Shown here one piece after another: positions 1-8,954 of a stretch of DNA of 64,000 nt (position 1 is the stretch's first letter; every line of letters begins with the position of its first letter). Made by a program: the position numbers and the translations under genes. This DNA comes from Flavobacteriales bacterium (GTDB lineage Bacteria > Bacteroidota > Bacteroidia > NS11-12g > UBA9320): the NCBI GenBank assembly GCA_020635435.1, contig JACJZU010000002.1:136771-200770 (forward strand), read 5' to 3'. The notes under the pieces were generated by a model. The model had not been told where the DNA came from and made no database searches. It worked only from the letters and a program-made list of their open reading frames with translations.

Positions 1-145
1 TTCCATTGATACAGATAAGTGAAGGGTCGAACGACCAGATTATTTAAGGGAAATCAACGCTTTCCCAAAATTTCACAACGTTCGGTATTTAATATGCCCC
101 TCACAGAAAATACAGCACCCTTTCACCGGTATTTTCGTTGAAAGC

Positions 146-219
146 CGTTGCTTGCAACGCCACAGCCGTTGCTTGCAACGGCTCATTGCCCACCGCCACA
201 GACGTTGCAGGCAACGTCT
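146..219. repeat. Three REP-like palindromes upstream of the Y1 transposase gene (146-159, 164-183, 200-219)
   Basis: Read directly. AGCCGTTGC-TT-GCAACGGCT and AGACGTTGC-AG-GCAACGTCT are perfect 9-bp-stem palindromes, and CGTTGC-TT-GCAACG is a shorter copy. Two are preceded by CCACAG. Confidence 0.85.
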
Positions 220-262
220 CAAAATCAAAAATCCCCAGCCACCCCAAAAAAGAAATTACAAA

Positions 263-871
263 ATGAAGAATGAAAAATTCAAGAATAAATATCGCATCGC
301 CTCCACCCGTTTACAAACTTGGGATTATCGATGGGCCGGTGCGTATTTCATCACCATATGCACCAAGAACAGACGTCACTATTTCGGTGAGGTTCGCGAC
401 CGAAAAATGTACCTCTCCAATTTGGGGATATTGGCCGATGTATTTTGGTATGAGATCAAGAATCACACAAAAGATGTTGAATTAGGTGCATTTGTAGTGA
501 TGCCCGATCATGTACATGGCATTCTATTTTTAAATGGCGCGGCCGCCACCCCCGCCGAGACAGAGACGTTGCACGCAACGTCTCTGTCCCAGTCCCTGCC
601 CCGGCTGCGTCGAAATAACCCGAACGAATTCTTCTCAAAAATTTCGCCGAAATCCGGATCCGTATCCACCATAATTCGCTCCTATAAATCCGCTGTAACC
701 AAACACGCCAATCGATTGGGGATGGAATTTGCATGGCAAGCCCGATTCCATGATATCATCATTCGCAATCAACGATCGCTAAAGAACATATCCGATTACA
801 TCATCGACAACCCCGCGAACTGGGGAAAACCCAAGATAAGGCGCGCAACGCGCCCAAAACGATTTCGATGA
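263..871 (+). CDS. Y1 HUH transposase-like protein (IS200/IS605 TnpA fold, REP-associated tyrosine transposase type)
   Basis: HUH motif VMPDHVHGILFL, catalytic-Tyr region IIRSYKSAVTK and WQARFHDIIIRN are all present. The ATG at 263 (MKNEKFKNKYRI) is chosen because the upstream ORF extension from a TTG at 152 only translates the REP palindromes. There is no tnpB partner. Confidence 0.8.
   Translation: MKNEKFKNKYRIASTRLQTWDYRWAGAYFITICTKNRRHYFGEVRDRKMYLSNLGILADVFWYEIKNHTKDVELGAFVVMPDHVHGILFLNGAAATPAETETLHATSLSQSLPRLRRNNPNEFFSKISPKSGSVSTIIRSYKSAVTKHANRLGMEFAWQARFHDIIIRNQRSLKNISDYIIDNPANWGKPKIRRATRPKRFR
559..588. repeat. REP-family palindrome inside the transposase ORF (14-bp stem, 2-nt loop)
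   Basis: GACAGAGACGTTGC-AC-GCAACGTCTCTGTC is perfectly self-complementary. It encodes ...AETETLHATSLSQ... in frame, between the HUH and Tyr motifs. Confidence 0.9.
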
Positions 872-958
872 GACGTTGCTTGCAACGTCTCATCATCATC
901 ATCGAAAAACCCGCTCAGCGCTGCGCACAGCGCAGCACAGACGTTGCTTGCAACGTCT
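867..958. repeat. Three hairpins between the convergent transposase and icmF genes (867-894 REP, 920-936 GC hairpin, 939-958 REP)
   Basis: GATGAGACGTTGC-TT-GCAACGTCTCATC contains the transposase TGA at 869-871. AGACGTTGC-TT-GCAACGTCT overlaps the icmF stop at 957-959. GCTGCGC-ACA-GCGCAGC lies between them. Confidence 0.85.
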
Positions 959-3900
959 ACATATTCCTCCTATATTGCCCACCCACCTCAAACAACGCAT
1001 TGGTGATCTGTCCGAGCGAGCAATATTTCGCCGCTTCCATAAGGGATTCGAACACATTACCGTTTTCCAATGCCGTTCGCTGAACGTTTTTCAGGGCATT
1101 GGCACTTTCGGAGGCGTTTCGAAGGTGCAGGTGCTGAAGCGTTGCTATTTGGGCTTCTTTTTCCTCCTGTGTGGCGCGGATCACTTCTTTGGGCAAGATG
1201 GTTGGTGAACCTTTGGAACTCAGGAAGGTATTCACTCCAATTATGGGGTAAGCCCCGGAATGTTTCAGGGTCTCGTAGTACAGACTCTCCTCCTGGATCT
1301 TCGAACGCTGATACATCGTTTCCATGGCACCCAATACACCACCTCTTTCGGTAATACGGTCGAATTCGCTCAAAACAGCCTCCTCCACCAGATCGGTGAG
1401 TTCGTCAATTATAAACGATCCTTGCAGCGGATTCTCATTCTTAGCCAATCCCAATTCCCGGTTTATGATCAACTGTATGGCCATGGCCCTGCGAACTGAT
1501 TCCTCGGTAGGCGTGGTGATGGCCTCGTCGTAGGCATTGGTGTGCAGCGAATTACAGTTATCGTAAATGGCGTAAAGCGCCTGAAGGGTTGTTCGGATAT
1601 CGTTGAAATCGATCTCCTGGGCATGTAAACTTCGTCCGCTCGTTTGTATGTGGTACTTGAGCATCTGCGCACGGGGATTTGCCTCATACTTGTATCGCAT
1701 GGCCTTCGCCCAGATTCGTCGGGCAACACGCCCGATAACCGCATATTCCGGATCGATGCCGTTGCTGAAGAAGAAGCTCAGGTTCGGACCGAATTCGTTT
1801 ATGTCCATCCCGCGGCTCAGATAATACTCCACATAGGTGAATCCATTGGCCAGGGTAAAGGCCAACTGCGTGATCGGGTTGGCACCGGCCTCGGCAATAT
1901 GGTATCCGGAAATGGAAACCGAATAGAAGTTGCGCACTTTGTTTTGGATGAAATAATCCTGCACATCGCCCATGAGCCGCAATGCGAATTCCGTTGAGAA
2001 TATGCAGGTATTCTGTGCCTGGTCCTCTTTTAGAATATCGGCTTGCACCGTACCACGCACAGACGACAAGGTCTCTGCTTTGATGCGTTCGTAGATCTCC
2101 GGTTCCAATACTTTATCTCCGGTAAGGCCCAGAAGCATCAGTCCAAGACCGTCGTTACCCTGGGGCAATTCTCCACGATAGTTCGGTTGCTCGGTACCTT
2201 TCAACTTAAAGTAGGCCTCGATACGTTTCTGCACATCTTGGGTCAATCCCTGTTCGAGTATGTATTTCTCACATTGCTGATCGATGGCGGTATTCATGAA
2301 ATAGGCCAGCAACATGGGCGCAGGCCCGTTGATGGTCATGGATACCGAAGTTTTGGGATCGGCCAGATCGAAGCCCGAATACAGTTTCTTGGCATCGTCC
2401 AAACAACAAACCGAAACGCCGCTATTCCCGATCTTGCCGTAAATGTCGGGTCTGTGATCGGGGTCGTTTCCATACAATGTCACAGAATCGAACGCTGTGG
2501 ACAGGCGCTTGGCTGGCATGTCCAAACTCACATAGTGGAAACGGCGATTGGTGCGCTCAGGTCCTCCTTCACCGGCGAACATGCGTGTAGGATCCTCCCC
2601 TTGTCTCTTGAAGGGATAAAGCCCCGCTGTATAGGGGAATTCGCCGGGGAGATTCTCCTGCAGCGACCAACCGATCACGTCGCCCCAGGAGCGGTAGCGA
2701 GGTAGTGCGACTTTGGGTATTTCCTGATGGGAAAGGGAAGTGGTATGTGTATCGATGTGTATCTGTTTATCGCGCACCTGAAAGGTGTATTGCGGAGCCT
2801 TGTATCTCGCAATAAGGTCGTGCCAGCCTGCAATGCGATCCCAATTGGCTGGTTTCAACTCGCGTTTCAACTCATGAAAGGCATTCAAAAGGGCTTGTAC
2901 AGCCGGTGTTGAAGATGTTTTAACATCTTCCGCGAGTAGATCCGGTCCGCCGAGGGTCTGTATACTCTGATAGAGGGCATAGAGTTTATCGGCTATGTCG
3001 GCCTGATGTTTGGCCCGTTCGTCGTAGCGCCGGTTGTTCTCCGATATCTCCGATAAGTATCGGTTCCTGTTTGGCGGAATGATGTAGATCTTTTCCGATT
3101 CGTCGCTGCTCTCCGGTATGCTGCTGCTGTAATCGTTTCCACTGCGTGCACTCAGCAACGACATGAGTTTGCGATAGAGCTGATTGGTACCGGGGTCGTT
3201 GAACTGACTGGCTATGGTCCCGAAAACCGGCATAGCGTCCACATCTGCCTCAAAAAGTTTGTGATTGCGCTGGAACTGCTTTTTAACATCACGCAGCGCA
3301 TCCAGGGCACCGCGTTTATCGAATTTGTTGATGGCAATCACATCGGCATAATCGAGCATGTCGATCTTCTCGAGTTGCGTAGCCGCTCCGTACTCCGGTG
3401 TCATCACATACAAACTCACGTCGCTGTGGTCGGCGATCTCCGTATCGCTCTGCCCGATCCCGCTTGTTTCGAGTATGATAAGTTCAAACCCGGCCGCTTT
3501 GAGGATACTCACGGCATCATCAACATGTTGGCTCAAGGCGAGGTTGGCCTGACGCGTTGCGAGAGAGCGCATGTACACGCGTTGATTGCGAATGGAGTTC
3601 ATGCGTATGCGGTCGCCGAGCAATGCTCCTCCCGTTTTGCGTTTGGAGGGGTCTACGGAAATAATGGCAATGTCCTTATCCGGGAAATCGAAGAGGAAAC
3701 GACGCACCAGTTCGTCCACCAGACTCGATTTTCCCGCCCCGCCTGTGCCCGTGATACCCAAAACCGGCGTGTTATTCGCTTTGGCCTGCTCGCGGATGTT
3801 CTCCACAACAGCCTCAAAATGGTCCGGGAAATTCTCAGCTGCCGATATGGCCCGTGCAATCGCTGTTTTATTCGCTTTGGTCAGATTCTTCAATTCGCCG

Positions 3901-4352
3901 TTCAAATGCTGACCGATCGGGAAGTCGCTTCTCTGAACAAGATCGTTGATCATGCCTTGCAAGCCCATGGCTCGTCCGTCGTCCGGGTGGTAGATGCGTT
4001 CGATGCCATAATCCTGTAACTCCCGGATCTCCTCAGGCAATATGGTGCCACCTCCACCACCAAAGATCTTGATGTGCGATGCACCCCTGTCTTTCAACAG
4101 GTCGTACATATACTTGAAGTATTCCATGTGCCCGCCCTGATAGGAGGTGAGTGCAATGGCATTGGCATCTTCCTGTATGGCTGTTTCAACTACTTCCTCG
4201 GCACTGCGGTCGTGACCCAAATGGATCACTTCGCAACCCGTGGCCTGTATGATGCGTCGCATAACATTGATGGCCGCATCGTGTCCGTCGAAAAGAGAAG
4301 CCGCCGTTACGATGCGGATCTTGTTCTTTGGTTTATAAACTTCTGTATCCAT
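957..4352 (-). CDS. icmF: Fused isobutyryl-CoA mutase (B12-binding domain + MeaB-like G-protein + mutase domain)
   Basis: N-terminal B12-binding region [23 protein letters not shown]...GGGGG, P-loop [13 protein letters not shown], and a large C-terminal methylmalonyl/isobutyryl-CoA mutase-like domain. Start is set at the ATG at 4352 ([15 protein letters not shown]), 17 nt after a TATCTTTG box. The ORF is open further upstream, but I judge that extension non-coding. Confidence 0.85.
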   Translation of the reverse strand: MDTEVYKPKNKIRIVTAASLFDGHDAAINVMRRIIQATGCEVIHLGHDRSAEEVVETAIQEDANAIALTSYQGGHMEYFKYMYDLLKDRGASHIKIFGGGGGTILPEEIRELQDYGIERIYHPDDGRAMGLQGMINDLVQRSDFPIGQHLNGELKNLTKANKTAIARAISAAENFPDHFEAVVENIREQAKANNTPVLGITGTGGAGKSSLVDELVRRFLFDFPDKDIAIISVDPSKRKTGGALLGDRIRMNSIRNQRVYMRSLATRQANLALSQHVDDAVSILKAAGFELIILETSGIGQSDTEIADHSDVSLYVMTPEYGAATQLEKIDMLDYADVIAINKFDKRGALDALRDVKKQFQRNHKLFEADVDAMPVFGTIASQFNDPGTNQLYRKLMSLLSARSGNDYSSSIPESSDESEKIYIIPPNRNRYLSEISENNRRYDERAKHQADIADKLYALYQSIQTLGGPDLLAEDVKTSSTPAVQALLNAFHELKRELKPANWDRIAGWHDLIARYKAPQYTFQVRDKQIHIDTHTTSLSHQEIPKVALPRYRSWGDVIGWSLQENLPGEFPYTAGLYPFKRQGEDPTRMFAGEGGPERTNRRFHYVSLDMPAKRLSTAFDSVTLYGNDPDHRPDIYGKIGNSGVSVCCLDDAKKLYSGFDLADPKTSVSMTINGPAPMLLAYFMNTAIDQQCEKYILEQGLTQDVQKRIEAYFKLKGTEQPNYRGELPQGNDGLGLMLLGLTGDKVLEPEIYERIKAETLSSVRGTVQADILKEDQAQNTCIFSTEFALRLMGDVQDYFIQNKVRNFYSVSISGYHIAEAGANPITQLAFTLANGFTYVEYYLSRGMDINEFGPNLSFFFSNGIDPEYAVIGRVARRIWAKAMRYKYEANPRAQMLKYHIQTSGRSLHAQEIDFNDIRTTLQALYAIYDNCNSLHTNAYDEAITTPTEESVRRAMAIQLIINRELGLAKNENPLQGSFIIDELTDLVEEAVLSEFDRITERGGVLGAMETMYQRSKIQEESLYYETLKHSGAYPIIGVNTFLSSKGSPTILPKEVIRATQEEKEAQIATLQHLHLRNASESANALKNVQRTALENGNVFESLMEAAKYCSLGQITNALFEVGGQYRRNM

Positions 4353-4369
4353 ATACCTTTCTGGGCGGG

Positions 4370-4377
4370 CAAAGATA
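4370..4377 (-). promoter_or_regulatory. Bacteroidota-type -7 promoter box (TATCTTTG) for icmF
   Basis: Matches TAnnTTTG on the minus strand, 17 nt upstream of the chosen ATG. Confidence 0.4.
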
Positions 4378-4400
4378 GCGAACGCGAATGCAATGAAACG

Positions 4401-4426
4401 AAAAGAGGGGCCCGAAAGCCCCTCCG
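4401..4426 (-). terminator. Orphan intrinsic-terminator-like hairpin (minus strand) upstream of the icmF promoter box
   Basis: On the minus strand, GAGGGGC-TTTCGG-GCCCCTC (7-bp GC-rich stem) is followed by TTTT. No annotated minus-strand gene lies upstream of it. Confidence 0.4.
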
Positions 4427-4758
4427 TCTTCATCAGGAAGACATGGTTAATGTATAAGTAGCTCTTTTCAGTTGCTGATTCTGGATTGGTCGGAGCATGA
4501 TAGGCACGGTTCCGAACACGATCTAAACTTCCAAACCTTATGCCAAGGCTTGTATACACAGGCTTCGATGATCGAAAAGTTCTTAACCTATTTGAATACA
4601 GGCTGTTACATAAAAAATTCAATCCCGGTCGTCAGTAGTTTTGCGTCTCTAATTGGCTAGCAATTCCAATTATGAGACTGTGGTGTAAAAAATAGAATTG
4701 CTTGAACTTTGCTTGAAATAGTTCTAGATACAGTTCAGAGCATTATTTTTCGAGCCTC

Positions 4759-6069
4759 ATGTTGGAAACATCAATCAGCGTAGCGGGAATATTTCGTGGT
4801 GTATTGGGTCTTTTTGCCCTGATACTGATATCGTGGGCCATGAGCAGCAATCGGAAAGCCATCGATTGGAAACTTGTTGCCACCGGTATCCTCATGCAGA
4901 TCGTGTTTGCAGTGTTGGTTTTCTATGTTCCGTTCATCAAGCAGTTCTTCGAATTTTTTGCAAGGGCATTCACCAAAGTGACCTCTTTCACCATGGAAGG
5001 TTCCAAGATGTTGTTTGAGGGATTGCTGAATACCGAAAGTCTGGGATTTCTCTTTGCTTTCCAGGTACTGCCCACCATTGTTTTTTTCTCGGCATTAACG
5101 TCTTTACTCTATTACCTGAAGATCCTTCAACTCATGGTAAGGGCTATAGCCTGGATCATGAACAGGACCATGCGCCTGTCCGGTGCGGAGAGTCTTTCGG
5201 CTGCCGCCAATATCTTCGTTGGACAAACTGAGGCCCCACTGGTGGTGAAACCCTATATCGAACGCATGACGAGGTCGGAGATCCTCTGTTTGATGAGTGG
5301 AGGGATGGCAACTATTGCCGGGGGGGTATTGGCCTCGTACATCGCCTTATTGGGTGGAACCGATCCGGAGATGCAAGTGCTTTTTGCGCGACATCTTTTA
5401 ACGGCTAGCATACTATCCGCACCCGCCGCTTTGGTGATATCCAAGATGCTGGTACCGGAAACAGAGGAAGTGGAGCGCGAGATGCACGTAAATGAGGAGC
5501 GAATCGGTACCAATGCCCTTGAGGCGATCACGAATGGCACCTCTGAAGGTTTGAAGCTCGCTATAAACGTTGGTGCCATGTTACTGGTGTTCACAGCTTT
5601 CGTGGCGATGTTCAATTATATTCTCTCCGATTTTATCGGCGAACGATCCGGCTTGAATCAGATCATCGAAAATTCGACAGGAGGTAAATACAAGGCCTTC
5701 AACCTGCAGTTGATCATGGGCTATGTTTTCGCTCCCTTGGGCTGGCTCTGCGGGGTATCCGCTTCCGACCTCCTGGTGGCCGGTCAATTGTTGGGTGAGA
5801 AAACCATATTGAATGAATTCTTTGCTTATGCCAGTTTCAGCCAAATGAAGGCCGCAGGTTTGTTTAGCGACACCAAGTCGATCATTGTAGTGACCTATGC
5901 ACTTTGCGGATTCTCAAATATTGCTTCCATCGGTATTCAGATAGGTGGTATAAGCACTATTGCCCCTAATCAGCGAACCACGCTTTCCCAATTAGGGGTG
6001 AGGGCTTTGATCGCCGGTACGATAGCCTGTTTGATGACCGCAACTATTGCCGGGATGTTCTATTCCTAA
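4759..6069 (+). CDS. nupC: Concentrative nucleoside transporter (NupC/CNT family)
   Basis: A 436-aa polytopic membrane protein whose size and sequence resemble NupC-family permeases (GMATIAGGVLASYI, SGFSNIASIGIQIGG). Confidence 0.75.
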   Translation: MLETSISVAGIFRGVLGLFALILISWAMSSNRKAIDWKLVATGILMQIVFAVLVFYVPFIKQFFEFFARAFTKVTSFTMEGSKMLFEGLLNTESLGFLFAFQVLPTIVFFSALTSLLYYLKILQLMVRAIAWIMNRTMRLSGAESLSAAANIFVGQTEAPLVVKPYIERMTRSEILCLMSGGMATIAGGVLASYIALLGGTDPEMQVLFARHLLTASILSAPAALVISKMLVPETEEVEREMHVNEERIGTNALEAITNGTSEGLKLAINVGAMLLVFTAFVAMFNYILSDFIGERSGLNQIIENSTGGKYKAFNLQLIMGYVFAPLGWLCGVSASDLLVAGQLLGEKTILNEFFAYASFSQMKAAGLFSDTKSIIVVTYALCGFSNIASIGIQIGGISTIAPNQRTTLSQLGVRALIAGTIACLMTATIAGMFYS

Positions 6070-6073
6070 ACCC

Positions 6074-6835
6074 ATGCACCGGGATCCACTGGATACAAAC
6101 AGATCTTTTCTATACGGGGATGGTTTTTTTGAGTCCATTCGCCGGAAAGATGGGGCATGGCTCTTTCTGGAGGAACACCTGGCCCGTATGCGGAGCAGTG
6201 CCATGCTGTTCGATCTTAACATACCCTTTGAAAACAGGGATGACCTTGCCCGTGTATGTGATCAGCAAGTCCGTGGGAACCCGTCCGACCTTGTCCTCAG
6301 GCTAACCGTTTATCGAATTGGGTATGGACTCTATACTCCCGAACGGCCTTATGAGACCGGATTGCACTACCTCATACGATCCTTAGAGGCAGAAGACGAT
6401 GGCTATTTCCCCGCTGAGAATATTTCAACCCTTCAGCTTATTGCCGATATCTCTGAACTGGATCCAATTACCGCATCGATCTCCACCGGGATCAGGAAAC
6501 CCATCGGCGCATTCCATTCAGTAAAAAGTACTTCTGCAGCCATCTATTCTGAAGCACTGATCGCGGAGAGAAACAGAATAAGCGATGAGATCATCCTCAT
6601 AAATGAACTTGGTAGGGTCTGTGAGTGCAGCAGTTCAAACCTGCTCGTTCAATTCGGTGGAAAACTATTCACACCTCCACCTGAAGACGGACCCGTTCGC
6701 GGAACATTCCTCGATTGGCTGAAAAGTAGGCACAAGGTCGATCTTCGCTCCTTTCAACCAGAGCAGTTGTATTGGGCTGATGCGCTTTACAGGTGCAATG
6801 CGGTCAGGGGTATTCAGAGGCTAAAGTTGATCTAG
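6074..6835 (+). CDS. Aminotransferase class IV family protein (aminodeoxychorismate lyase-like)
   Basis: LYGDGFFESIRRKDG..LEEHLARM and CECSSSNLLVQFGGKLFTPP match the class IV fold pattern. Start is the ATG at 6074, just after the nupC stop. Confidence 0.6.
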   Translation: MHRDPLDTNRSFLYGDGFFESIRRKDGAWLFLEEHLARMRSSAMLFDLNIPFENRDDLARVCDQQVRGNPSDLVLRLTVYRIGYGLYTPERPYETGLHYLIRSLEAEDDGYFPAENISTLQLIADISELDPITASISTGIRKPIGAFHSVKSTSAAIYSEALIAERNRISDEIILINELGRVCECSSSNLLVQFGGKLFTPPPEDGPVRGTFLDWLKSRHKVDLRSFQPEQLYWADALYRCNAVRGIQRLKLI

Positions 6836-7803
6836 CGCGACAGCACCTCAGCCATTCTCAAGAGCTCGTGACTGACCGATTTCTTGTTGTGAATAGCATG
6901 CTCGAAGCTTGTATAGGATGCATAGCCGTTGATAATTCCAACTGCAATATTCTTGAGCCCCTTTTGCAAAGCTTGAATGGCTTCGTAACCCAGTCTGCTC
7001 GCCAGTATCCGGTCTCGGGCGGTTGGGCTTCCTCCCCGTTGTATATGCCCTAATATGGTAGTTCGAATGTCCAGGTTAGGATATTCCGCCAATAATCGAG
7101 TTGCCAATCGTGCCGCACCACCTTCCGGTTCGCCTTCGGCGACTACTATGATCGAAAATGCCTTGGTTCGGCGATCTTCCTGACTGAAATGGGTCAAGAG
7201 CTTGCCGATGTCCTCCTTGTCTTCAGGGATCATGATCCCCTCAGCACCTCCTGCTATTCCTACGTCCAAACCGATAAATCCGGAGTCGCGCCCCATTACC
7301 TCGACCAGGAACACCCGGTCATGCGAGTCCGCCGTGTCACGGATTCGGTCGATGGCATCCAGGGCCGTATTCACTGCCGTATCGTACCCGATCGTGAAAT
7401 CGGTCCCGTACAGATCATTATCGATCGTTCCCGGAATACCCACACATGGGATCCCGTGTTCTTCATTGAGTTTCAGGGCTCCGGCATAGGAACCGTTCCC
7501 GCCGATACACACGAGGGCCTCTATACCGCGTTTACGGAGTTGCTCCATAGCCTTGGCACGTCCTTCCGGAGTCCGAAATTCCTCGGATCGCGCTGTTTTA
7601 AGGAATGTTCCGCCACGTTGTAGAATATTGGCGACCGACCGACTATCCAGGTCGATCATGTCCCCGGCGATCATTCCCTCATACCCTCTTCGTATCCCGA
7701 CTACGGAAATATCATTTGCAATAGCCGTCCGGACCACCGCCCGGATGCATGCATTCATTCCCGGGGCATCTCCACCCGAGGTGTATACACCGATCTTCTT
7801 CAT
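6832..7803 (-). CDS. pfkA: ATP-dependent 6-phosphofructokinase
   Basis: MKKIGVYTSGGDAPGMNACIRAVVR, GGNGSY and GIPGTIDNDL are canonical PfkA motifs. Confidence 0.95.
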   Translation of the reverse strand: MKKIGVYTSGGDAPGMNACIRAVVRTAIANDISVVGIRRGYEGMIAGDMIDLDSRSVANILQRGGTFLKTARSEEFRTPEGRAKAMEQLRKRGIEALVCIGGNGSYAGALKLNEEHGIPCVGIPGTIDNDLYGTDFTIGYDTAVNTALDAIDRIRDTADSHDRVFLVEVMGRDSGFIGLDVGIAGGAEGIMIPEDKEDIGKLLTHFSQEDRRTKAFSIIVVAEGEPEGGAARLATRLLAEYPNLDIRTTILGHIQRGGSPTARDRILASRLGYEAIQALQKGLKNIAVGIINGYASYTSFEHAIHNKKSVSHELLRMAEVLSR

Positions 7804-7867
7804 AATGCTCTCCTAACTGTGCGAAAATAGGTTCACTATATAAGATATGTCAAACGCATAAAAAATA

Positions 7868-7896
7868 AAAAAGGCCGCGGGAGGGCGGCCTTTTTT
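7868..7896. terminator. Bidirectional intrinsic terminator
   Basis: GGCCGC-GGGAGG-GCGGCC is flanked by an A-run and a T-run. It lies downstream of the lipoprotein gene (minus strand). Confidence 0.7.
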
Positions 7897-7914
7897 AAAA
7901 TCTATCATTAAAAA

Positions 7915-8826
7915 TTACATGTCTTCAGCAGCCAGCTTCAATGTAACGCTCTTGTCGGCGCCTATTGAAACTACTTTGGCCAATACCGGACGAGCACCTG
8001 TAGAAACAGGATTGATCAGGATCACATCCCCACCGGCAAGTTGGATAACCTTATCCGTAGTGTTGCTTGTATTGGCAAGCTCGGCATTCAACGTTGAGTT
8101 GTCCGTCATTGCATCGAATGCAGCCGCGCTCAAAGATGTTTTGCGGAACTTGGTGGCGTTCTTAGTTGTCCAGCTGCCCGGGCCACTGGCGCTTGGCAAT
8201 TTTTCAGCAGCAACTGCACTGCTAGGAGCACAAAGAATGGAACCATCGTTATCGTCTGAAACGCAGATCACATCGATCAGGGCAGATTCCGCCTTGGCAG
8301 CAGCGAGCAGGTACATTTGGAATGTGCTCAGGCTGTAAGAAGATCCAAGGGTAGCATTTCCCTGATCACCCAATGATACATCCACAAAGCGGATCGCTTT
8401 TGGAGCAGCAGTTGTGGTGATGGTGATCTCTTTTGTTGTTGACAAACCGTCTTTGTCGATCAAAGTGAAAGACCAGGTCTCGGTACCTGTTTGTGAACGT
8501 GTGGTGTTCATGTAGTCAACGCGAAGGTCTTTATCGTTGATCGTAGAGTCGCAGATCGTACAATTGGCAGGAACCAATTCAGCACCACCGTCGTAACGAA
8601 CACGGATCTCCAGTTTGTCGATACGCACATCGTGAGAACCGATCAAACCAACTTTGAAAGTAGATCCTGCAGTAAGGGATACATTGGAGGATACATAACC
8701 CGCATCACCGATAAAGTTGAGGGTTGGTCCGGTTCCTACAGTTCCGTCATCTTCAGAACAGGCATTCATGAAAACAGTTCCGGCACCGGCTACCAGAAGT
8801 AAAAGGAATAATTTCAGATTCTTCAT
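7915..8826 (-). CDS. Hypothetical lipoprotein
   Basis: Has a lipoprotein signal peptide (MKNLKLFLLLLVAGAGTVFMNAC). I recognise no family. Confidence 0.6.
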   Translation of the reverse strand: MKNLKLFLLLLVAGAGTVFMNACSEDDGTVGTGPTLNFIGDAGYVSSNVSLTAGSTFKVGLIGSHDVRIDKLEIRVRYDGGAELVPANCTICDSTINDKDLRVDYMNTTRSQTGTETWSFTLIDKDGLSTTKEITITTTAAPKAIRFVDVSLGDQGNATLGSSYSLSTFQMYLLAAAKAESALIDVICVSDDNDGSILCAPSSAVAAEKLPSASGPGSWTTKNATKFRKTSLSAAAFDAMTDNSTLNAELANTSNTTDKVIQLAGGDVILINPVSTGARPVLAKVVSIGADKSVTLKLAAEDM

Positions 8827-8920
8827 TTGAGTTGAGCGTTTTTGAGAGTTTTACTTGTCGCCGCAAAAATACAGCAGCACACCCGCATTCCCACAACCCA
8901 ATCCAAACTTACTCTTTTCT

Positions 8921-8928
8921 TACATTTG
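8921..8928 (+). promoter_or_regulatory. Bacteroidota-type -7 box (TACATTTG) for the symporter gene
   Basis: Matches TAnnTTTG, 26 nt upstream of the ATG at 8955. Confidence 0.4.
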
Positions 8929-8954
8929 AAGTCGCCACAAACGGCACAAGGTTC

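Larger units (their letters stand above)
146..958 (+). mobile_element. REP/RAYT-type locus (Y1 transposase plus cognate palindromes); possibly domesticated rather than mobile
   Basis: A Y1 transposase ORF is bracketed and interrupted by six palindromes of one family. I saw no IS ends, no tnpB and no target duplications. Confidence 0.5.

Noticed and set aside
1-145. Possible gene end or small RNA at the left edge of the window
   Set aside because: All three plus-strand frames hit stop codons within the first 50 nt, and there is only a weak hairpin (GGGAAA...TTTCCC). There is too little sequence to support any call.
152-262. N-terminal extension of the transposase ORF (MQRHSRCLQRLIAHRHRRCRQRL...)
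   Set aside because: It opens at a TTG and merely translates the three upstream palindromes (the repeated CLQRL/RCRQRL peptides). The conserved family N-terminus starts at the ATG at 263.
1070-4457. Plus-strand ORFs of 60-252 aa inside icmF (for example 2043-2705 and 3261-4019)
   Set aside because: These are antisense shadow ORFs within a strongly supported 1131-aa gene. Their compositions are low-complexity and unlike real proteins.
4353-4622. A 90-codon in-frame upstream extension of icmF
   Set aside because: It has no similarity to mutase or B12 domains. It contains a terminator-like hairpin and a -7 promoter box. The B12-binding domain begins right after the ATG at 4352.
4353-4660. Adenosylcobalamin riboswitch upstream of the B12-dependent icmF gene
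   Set aside because: I could not find the conserved B12-box (GCCACTG-type) core or the GGGAA...GGTG elements; there is only a loose GCAACTG. B12 riboswitches normally control B12 uptake, synthesis or B12-independent isozymes, not B12-dependent enzymes. A covariance-model scan would settle it.
6832-6835. Convergent genes sharing overlapping stop codons in palindromic tetramers (CTAG at 6832-6835; TTAA at 29097-29100)
   Set aside because: The overlaps are real but trivial consequences of compact gene packing. No function is implied beyond the absence of intergenic terminators.
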